DNA of 28,777 nucleotides, taken from a virus (lineage: Duplodnaviria > Caudoviricetes). Positions within the stretch are counted from its first letter, which is position 1. Each line of letters begins with the position of its first letter. Shown here one piece after another: positions 1-10,300 of this stretch. The stretch is from positions 1-28,777 of the IMG/VR virus record IMGVR_UViG_3300046714_000423, one strand, 5' to 3'. Below the pieces are notes generated by a model. That model searched no databases and was not told the DNA's origin. It saw nothing but the letters and a program-made list of their open reading frames with translations. Both the position numbers and the translations under genes were made by a program.

Positions 1-104
1 GAGCGCGCCGCAGGTATTCGATGTGGAACCTGTGCGCCGATTACCAGCGCTATTTCGACCGGCTCATGACCCGCTGGGGTGCGGGTTGGAATTCCCTCGA
101 CTGA
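1..104 (+). CDS. 3' end of a probable GT-B (GT4-like) glycosyltransferase (partial)
   Basis: Frame 3 reads ARRRYSMWNLCADYQRYFDRLMTRWGAGWNSLD* (TGA 102-104). This resembles the A-x3-[FY]S...Y-x2-YF-x2-L...GW C-terminal helix of phage GT4 proteins. Not in the supplied ORF track. Confidence 0.55.
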   Translation, partial: ARRRYSMWNLCADYQRYFDRLMTRWGAGWNSLD

Positions 105-321
105 AAAGGAGCGCGGGTTCTTTCCGGAGCAGTTTCATCACCGTCGGCGAATGGTCGTCGCGGTTCTCCGAGGGCCCGGTGCAGACCGGCTCATACGGGT
201 CGTCGAACCGGAAAAGTTTTCGGCACGCTGGGCACTCGTAAATATACACGCCGCGCGTCACGAGGTGTGAGCCCGGGACGACGCGGGTGTAGGTGAGGAG
301 GGGTCGCTTAGGCGAACTCAT
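64..321 (-). CDS. Small hypothetical protein with Zn-ribbon-like motif (85 aa)
   Basis: ATG at 321 overlaps the end of the upstream gene. Contains YECPACRK...VC...H. Confidence 0.6.
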   Translation of the reverse strand: MSSPKRPLLTYTRVVPGSHLVTRGVYIYECPACRKLFRFDDPYEPVCTGPSENRDDHSPTVMKLLRKEPALLFSRGNSNPHPSGS

Positions 322-631
322 AGCCCCACGCGCCGAAGTTCGGGACGTTGGTCGCGATGGAGTCGGCCTTTGCCTGGAGGATGCCCGCGCTCGGGATGAC
401 CCACCAGCCGTTGCCCACGAGGGGCACACCGGGCGTGATGACTTGGTTCTCTACAAGCACCGTGCCTTCGCCTCCCGCCTCCCGCGAGAGAAAAGCGTTG
501 TGCGTTGTGGTCAGGACGTTGAACATGTAGGTCCGCATGATTCCTGTGACTGCGGTTGCCGTGTAAACTGTCGCGTAAGACGCCGTGAGGGCAGTCGGGA
601 CGCGAAGTTCTTTTGGTGTATAGGTTGCCAT
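308..631 (-). CDS. Small beta-rich virion/tail-fibre-associated protein (107 aa)
   Basis: ATG at 631 lies 5 nt after the fibre stop. MATYTPKELRVPTALTASYATVYTA...GYEFA is a Thr/Val-rich sequence typical of small phage tail beta-sandwich proteins. Confidence 0.65.
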   Translation of the reverse strand: MATYTPKELRVPTALTASYATVYTATAVTGIMRTYMFNVLTTTHNAFLSREAGGEGTVLVENQVITPGVPLVGNGWWVIPSAGILQAKADSIATNVPNFGAWGYEFA

Positions 632-636
632 GATTT

Positions 637-3005
<2,369 letters not shown>

Positions 3006-3006
<1 letters not shown>

Positions 3007-3443
3007 CAGCCGCAACAGTTAGAAAAAAACCACGCCGCCGCCAAGGTGGAGGACGAGACGCTTGAGCCGGACGGACCCGTGGGGCCCGTGGGGCCAGTCG
3101 GACCCGAGGAGCCCGCCGCGCCCGTTGCCCCGGCCGCACCAGTCGGACCCGTGGGCCCAGTGGGACCGGTCGTTCCGTTTCCGGATGCGACCGTGGCCTC
3201 GAGCTGAAAATCTGCGAAGAGGCCGGAGCCCGAAACCGTGTCGGCGTTCAGAGTGAGAGCGCCCGTGGTCAGTGAGACCAGCGGACCCTCGACAAAAAGC
3301 GTGGGGCGACCAGAGACAGTCGCGCGGACCCGCGTGCCGGGCACAAGCGTGAAGTCGGTGATTCGCAGGCGCAGGATAAAAGTTTTTGCTCCCGTGCTGA
3401 GCGTGACCGCGGTCGGGCTTGAGTTGAGAAACTTCGACGCCAT
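3006..3443 (-). CDS. Short collagen-containing tail/fibre protein (145 aa)
   Basis: N-terminal beta domain (TLSTGAKTF...GSG), short GPT tract, ends WFFSNCCG. Translationally coupled at both ends. Confidence 0.75.
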
Positions 3444-4129
3444 CAGACGGGGCGCTTGAGAATCGAGTTGAGGATGTTTCCGGCACCCGGGGCGGGGCCA
3501 CCGGTTGGACCCATCGGCGTGAGATTCTTGACGCGGCTCTGCGCGAGTTTATTCTGCACGCTGGGCGCGGGCTGGCTCATGGGCGGCGGCGTTGCGGGCG
3601 GGAGCTGGGCCCCCGCGATAGGAGCGGACGCACCTGCGCCGCCGGGGACGTTCCCGGCACTCGTGGCGGGAGAGTTGGTTGGCACGGAGTCGAAGGGCGG
3701 CGCGACTTCCAAAAGTCTGCCCTGCTGGTCGGCCTCTTGCAGGTCGCCGGGGTGCATCGCCTGCGTGTTGAAAAGCACGTCGGTTTTCTTGTCGATGGAA
3801 TGGTAAATCCCGAAGCCAGCGGCGACGAGAGGCTGCGCGTGTTTCACGACGGCGAGGACGGCCGGGTCCTTCGACTTGTCGGGCGCAGAAACCGCCGCCG
3901 GGTTGCCCTTGGCGACCTGAAAAATCAGCGGGTTGTCGAGTAGCTCGGACGGCAGCGTCTCGAGCAGCGCCGCGGGATGCATTTCGAGGCGCGGTTCTCC
4001 GGCGGAAGGCTCGGTGGGTTCTGTGGGTGGCTCGGCTGGCGCGGCTGCGTCTGGCGTCCCGGGCGGGAGCGGCGCGGCTCCGGCGGCTTGCACGTCGGCG
4101 GTCGTGAGAGAGAGTGGTGCGGCTGGCAT
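3443..4129 (-). CDS. Pro/Ala-rich hypothetical protein (228 aa)
   Basis: Fills the gap between neighbours. Low-complexity ends flank an ordered core (AAGFGIYHSIDKKTDVLFN). Stop overlaps the next start. Confidence 0.75.
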   Translation of the reverse strand: MPAAPLSLTTADVQAAGAAPLPPGTPDAAAPAEPPTEPTEPSAGEPRLEMHPAALLETLPSELLDNPLIFQVAKGNPAAVSAPDKSKDPAVLAVVKHAQPLVAAGFGIYHSIDKKTDVLFNTQAMHPGDLQEADQQGRLLEVAPPFDSVPTNSPATSAGNVPGGAGASAPIAGAQLPPATPPPMSQPAPSVQNKLAQSRVKNLTPMGPTGGPAPGAGNILNSILKRPV

Positions 4130-4135
4130 AACAGG

Positions 4136-4306
4136 TTAAGAGGTGCGGCGTTTGGGTTCGGCGTCAACGTCCGGTGTGATGTCTTCGAGTTCCCCGTCCT
4201 CGTCTCGCGCGGGCATGAACCGTTGCGAGCCGTTGACGAGCACCGTCATGTCTTCCGTGGTGAGCCCGAGGTCCTCGAGCGTGATGTCTTTGTGTGGGGT
4301 GGTCAT
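4136..4306 (-). CDS. Small acidic protein coupled to the giant protein (56 aa)
   Basis: ATGA overlap with the giant ORF stop. Sequence MTTPHKDITLEDLGLTTEDMTVLVNGSQRFMPARDEDGELEDITPDVDAEPKRRTS. Confidence 0.65.
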   Translation of the reverse strand: MTTPHKDITLEDLGLTTEDMTVLVNGSQRFMPARDEDGELEDITPDVDAEPKRRTS

Positions 4307-7300
4307 TTTTTCTCCTGAACGTCGCTCGCCTCGATGGTCTTGGCTTTCTTGGCGGCTTTCGGCTTTACGTCCTCGGGCGTGATAGTGAATTGGCCTTCGG
4401 GACTTTTGGTCGTCCGGTCCAACAGAGTGTTGTAGTCGGACTTCGCTTTCCCGGCGGCAGCGGTCCACCCCCTCTTTTCCCAGCGGTCCTTTTCGGCAAA
4501 CCAGATGATGGCCTGCAAGGCGTCGGCCTTGATGCCTAGCTTGTCCGCGGCGTTCTGAAAAACGTCCTGGCCGAAGTAAAACTCTGGGTCGGCGACGCCC
4601 GTTTCGTTGGACGGCTGAATTCGCCAGGGCTTTCCGGACCCCTCGTTCGCGAGGCGGTGCAGCGTTCGCATGGCCCACACGTCGATGGTTGCCTTGAAGG
4701 TTGTCCCCGCAAGGTTGCCCGTGAAGTTCGGCGTCTTCGGGCCCTCCACGCCCTCGAGCCAGGAGCGGTCCAGCACCTTCATCACGGCGCGCGAGTTCAT
4801 GCCGAACTTTTTGCCGTTGGCCTTGGTGGGAATAAGATTGTTCTTTTTCTGCCACCAGCTCATGAAGGATTTCTTGTCCGCTTTCGCACCCTTCTTGCCC
4901 GTCTCGGCCGTGAACTCCGCGAGGTCGCCGTCCGCGAATTTCTTCTGGCCTTCCCGATACTTGGCGAGCATCCCGTCGTAATCCCCACGCTTGAAACGGT
5001 TGTAGGCCTCGAGCGCGTCCTTGAAGTTCGGGCCCACGCCCTGCTGCGGCGAGGTTGCGCCCAACAGCTCGGCGAAAAACTTTGAGTCGTCTCCGAAAAA
5101 GTGGCCGACCTTCTCGCGGAAGCGGGAATACCAGAACTCACCCTCGGCGATTGCCGGGTCTTTCTTGGCCTCGTGATACTCGTGTTCCAGCTTGTCTGCG
5201 AGCGCCTGCTCGAATTCTTTCTTGCCCCCGGACTTCTCGGCGAGGTCCGACTTGAGAAGGTTGTAGGGCCGGGAAACGGGCAGCGGCTCGCCGTCCCACT
5301 CGGCCAGATAGTTCCCGTTCTTGTCCTTCCGGAACTCGAGAGGGTGCGCCTCGGGAAAGTTTTTGCTCTTCGCGATTTTGTTCTCGACGAAGGCATTGTA
5401 TTCCGGCGTGCCAGGAATTTTCTTCTGCGTGACGTGCTCGCCCGTGCGCGCCTGGGCGATGCGTTCCTCGGGAACTTCCCCGCCGCCCTTCTCAGGCGCG
5501 GCGCTGAAAGAATAGTCCGCCTTGTTTCCGAACTTCGCGTCTTTCACAAACACGCTGTTGCCGACGCTCACGGCCTGCGAACCGGACACCACGGGTTCCT
5601 CGGTGCCCTTCTCGTAAAAGTAGGAGTGCTTGGTCGGGTTGTAGCCCGCCTCGGTCCACTCGGGCCCGCTCGGAATCTCGCGGCTAGGGTTGTATTCGCC
5701 TTCGACCGTCGCGATGGGAAACTTGGCCGCGCCCGCCCGGATTTTTTCCGCGCCCTTTTCGTTCGAGAAAAAGGTCGGGTTGTCCACGGTCGCGATGCTG
5801 TCGTAGCCGATGCGTTTGCCGACGTTTCCGCCCTTGGCTTTTTCGTGGACCGTGATGACATACGTCCCGCTCCGCGTGTAAGCCGGGATGTCGATGCGAA
5901 GACCGACGGGCGTGCCGGGCTTCAAATCGCGCGCGGCTCCAACGAGCGGTTTCTTGTCCTCGCTGAGCGCCGTCGTGATTTCTTTGTCGGTCGGAACGCG
6001 GCTCGGGGAAAACCGCATGTCCGTGCTCGTCTTCCGGAACGTGCCCACGTTGCCCGTCGCCGATTTGATTTGCTCTGGCTTGAAGGCGATGTAGTGGACG
6101 GTGTCTGGCTGCAACTGCATGCCCTTGAACTTGTCGCTCACCGTCTCGTCGATGATGCCGTCGAAGCCCGCGGCCTCAAGTGCTTCGCGGACCATCTGCG
6201 AGCGAACCAGCTTGCCCGTTTCCGGGTCCTCCGCCATGAAGTGTTCGCTATCTCGAATGGTCTTGATTAACTGGCTCGCCGTGATGTGGTCGTAGTCAAC
6301 GGTGTTCCGGATTTCCTCGAGACCCGCGTAGATGTCCGAGTCATATTGGATGCCCTGTTCTTCGAGGCTCTTCAAAAACTTGTCCAGCGTGCCCGTGCCG
6401 CGAAAGTTTGTCGTGAGCCGGGTCTCCTCGACACCGCTGACCCTCATTCCGACGCGGAAAGGTTTCTTGATGGCGAGGTAGGCGGGAATCACCGCGCCCT
6501 CGTGCTGGCCCGCCACTTGTTTCTTGGCCTGCACCAGAGCTTCGTCCCGGGAAATGTCTTCGTGGTCCTGCTGGATGCGGTCGGCGGTCTCTTCGATTCG
6601 CTGCGTGAGGTCCGGGCCCTCTCCCGCGTAGTTCCGGCCCACGTCCTCGGCGCTGCTCGTGAAGTAGTAGCCCTTGCCAAAATCGTTGTCGAGGTTGCCG
6701 CGGTCCGGCTTGAACTCCGTGAACTCGTGCGTCGTGCCGTGATAAACGACGAGCGGGTCGCTCGGCTTGTAGGGGTCCACGACCTCGGACTTGCCGAACC
6801 ACTTCTTGAAGTAAGGCGACTCCGTGCCCTGCTCGACCCACGCCTTGCGGGCTTTTTCTTGCGAGGCTTTGCTCGGCTCCGCGCCTGCGAGGGCAGGAGA
6901 AAAGGAGTCCTGCACCTTCTGCTCGGGGTTGATGCCCGGGGCATACGTTTTCTCCGTGCTGACGTGATGCGCTCCCTCGGGGATGTTCGCCTTCGCCGTG
7001 GCCTCCTCGGGTGACGTGGCCTGCACCTTCTGCTTGATGACCGTCTTGCCTTCCTTGCGCGGTTTCCAGATGACGTCGTAAGGCCGGGTCTCGCCCTCGG
7101 AGTTGACCGGGGTGGCAGCCTCTTCTTTACGACGCACAGAAAAACGGTCTTCCGGCCGAATGCGGTTCACGACGTCGATGCCCGGGACGTAGGTGCTCGC
7201 GCCTTTCTTGATGTCCGCCGCAGTGAGCAGGGCATCCGGGACGGAGAGGGGCTCGCCGCCGCCTTCCAGTTTTTCAAACCGGCCACCGAAAATTTTATTG

Positions 7301-10300
7301 CGGATTGCGATGGGCTCCGGGGCCACGACCATGCCCTCAACGTGCTCGATGCCGTCCTTCTGGAGCTGCGCGAACATCTCTCGATAGAGGGCCTCGCCCA
7401 AACCTTTTCCGCGGAATTTCTTTTCCACGTTGGTCATTGCAACGTCGGCCACGTTTGGTCGGGTTTCGGAAGTGGTCGCGTTGAGATAGCCGACGGACTC
7501 GCCGTCCTTCTTGACCACGACGGTCCGGTCGCCCTTGTCCCCGATGAACTTGAAATCGAAGCCCTGCTTTTCCAGCTCCTGGCCCTTCGCGGTCGCGGGA
7601 GAAAAGCTCTGTCCCTCCGCCAGGAACGGAGGCTTCGCGCCCTCGAACTCCGGGCTCCGCTTGATGCCAACCTTCGCGCTCGCGATGCCCTGAGCGGCCT
7701 CCCATGCTTCGCGGAAAAACTGGCCCTTCATGATGCTCGCCATTGCGCCGTCCATGTCGCCGTCCGCCATCGCGGCCCGGCCTTCGTCGTTCGCTTTCTT
7801 GGCGTAGTCGGCGAGCGTGGCGAGGTCAGCCCTGTCGGTCAGCCCGAGACCAAGGCGATACGCCTCCTGCGTCAGGCCGCCCTTGAAATTCTGCGCGGTC
7901 TTCGTCCACTCCTCGGGAGGTTGGTCGAGGATTTTCTTCGCGTCGTCCACGGTCTTGACGGAGAAAAAGCCCGCGGCCTCGCCGGGTCCGAGTTTCTTTC
8001 CGCCGCGCAAATCTCGCTCGACTTCTTGCTGCGTCTTGCGCCGCTCGATTTCCGTGGGCGCGACACCGGCCTTGCGTTTTTCCTCGAGACGCCGGGCCAC
8101 CTCGGCCTTGACGTCGTTGACAGAAAAACCTGCGCGCGCGATGTCGGTCGAGCCTCCGCTTCCTGGCACATCCGGTCGTGGGGTGACGGACTCGATGTTT
8201 TTCAGGTTGACGTTCTCGGTGACCTCGATGAGGTTCCCGACGGGCGCACCGGCGGCGCGCAGTTCGTTTCGGAGCGGATTAACTTCCGCGATGCTGCGGA
8301 TTCCCGCCACGCCTTCGATGGGTTTGAAGGTCGCGCGCTGCACGTCGGCTGCGGTGAATCCTGCGGGCGTCGCGGGTTTGCGGCCTTGGGCCTCGGCGAG
8401 CAGTTGGCCCTTCACGTTGCCCGGGATTTTGCCTTTCGTCTGGCGCGGCGTCTCCGGGATGTTCAGACCCTGCACGAGGTTCAGAAAATCCGTTTTCTCC
8501 GGCGTCAACGTGGCCGCGGGACCGCGCGGGTCCTCGGGCGGCAGGCTCACGCCAATGTCGGTCGCGGGTCGGACCAGCCTTTCTCCGTCGCCGCGAAAAC
8601 CGCGGTCCTGGTTGCCCCAGTAATCCTTGAGGTCTTGCACGACCTCATGCCACCCGGCCTCGGTGAGTTTCCCGGCCGCATCCACTTCGTAGGGGAGGGC
8701 GACTTTCTTGTCTGCCGCCATGTCGGCGGCGTTCTTCACGTTCGCGAGCACCTTGTCGAGGCTGCGCGCGGTGAGCTGTAATCCGGACTTGCCGGTCTCC
8801 TGCCAACGGGTGCCGAAAAGCACCTTCTGATGTTGCTCGCGGATGTCGTCGGGCACACCGCCCATTGCCTCGGCGATGTAAGCCTCTTCTTGCTCGGCCC
8901 GGCGGGTTCCGCGCGCGACCGGCTTTTCTGGGCTGGGCCCGCCTTCGCGGACGACGCCCTTGTGGACGATTTCGACCCCGTGACCGTTCGCCATCGAGTC
9001 GTTGATGGTCTGGACCGCCGGACGCTGTTCGGGCGCTGCTTTGGCGAGCGCCGTGTCGGCGTTGGTGACCTGGGACCGCTCGGCGGCGTAGTCGAGCTGT
9101 TCTTTCGGGGTGACCCGGATGTTTGGGGTGAGATTTTCGGCCGGGGCAGCGGGCGCAGGGCCCGGGGGCGGCGTTGCGGGCTTAGGGGCAGGCGCTGCTG
9201 GCGGCGGTTCTGAGGGTGACGGAGGCGCAGCGGCCTTCGGGCTCGTCCTGGGGGCTCCTGGCGCGTTTTCCGGGCCCCGCGCAATCGGCTTCGGCGGGCT
9301 GAGCGTGCCTTCCTTGACGCGCTGGGCCATGTCGCCCAGAAAATCGCGCGCTACCTTCAGCTCCGAGTGCCCAGGTCGAACGCCAAGCGCGGAGACGCCG
9401 GGTCCTGCTGGGAGTGCTTTTCCCGCAAGCGGATAGCCCATTTTATCGAGCGCGCGGCTGGCGAACTCGGTTGCGCGTTTGACGACGCTGGGGCGGACGC
9501 CGCTGAGGTCGGTGGCGTTGAGGACGCGCCCAAAGACTTCTGCGGCAGCCTCTTCGAGAATCTGTTTCTTGTCATATTCGACGGTCCATTGGCTCTTTGG
9601 TTTTCCGCCGTTCAACGCGGCGTTGTAAGTGTCTGCAATCCAGGTCTGTTCCTCGGGGCTCCAGGTCTTGGAGATGTGCGACTCAAGGGCTTGCGCGGAC
9701 GCCGGGTCGAGGCTCTTGAAAGCATGGTAAAGCTCGTGGCCCAGACCGTTGGTCTCGCCGTTAAGTAGCACCTGCACAACGGGTTGGCGCGTGCCGTCCG
9801 CGTTGATGCGCTCGCCGCGCGTGGTGAAAAAACCTTCAGCGGCGGCTGCTCCCGCGACATTCGGGACGTGGTTCTGGAACGTCTTGTTGTCCAGGGCGTA
9901 GATTTCCACCCCGGCGTCCCGGAAAAACTCCCGCGCCCAGTTCACCACGGACTGCTGGCCGGGCGGCAGGCTCTGGACCTGCTCATTGTGGGCAGCGTCA
10001 AGTTTTTGGTCGGTGCCGTAGTAGGGCGAGTCTTTGATGGGCCCGCGGTCCACGGCTTCGAAAACTTTCGACGCGAGCTTTTCCTGCGCTGCCTGTCCAG
10101 CCGCGTGTGTGCCCAAACCGAGCGCCGCGCCGCCCGCGCGCAGTGCGCCAGCGCCGCCAATCATGCCGAGCAGGCCCTCGCGCTCCTCCGGCGTCGAGCC
10201 GATGAACAGCGGGACGGAAAGAGCCGCGCCTTCAGCCGCCCCCTTGGCACCCTCGAGTCCGATTTTCCCGATGGTCGGGGCCGCGCCTTGGACGGCTTCG

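Noticed and set aside
3019-3030. T7 run (G TTT TTT TCT) near the end of the 145-aa gene as a programmed frameshift into the long fibre
   Set aside because: The -1 frame, which is the fibre frame, hits TAA at 3019-3021 immediately, so no fusion results. The TGATG overlap already explains coupling.
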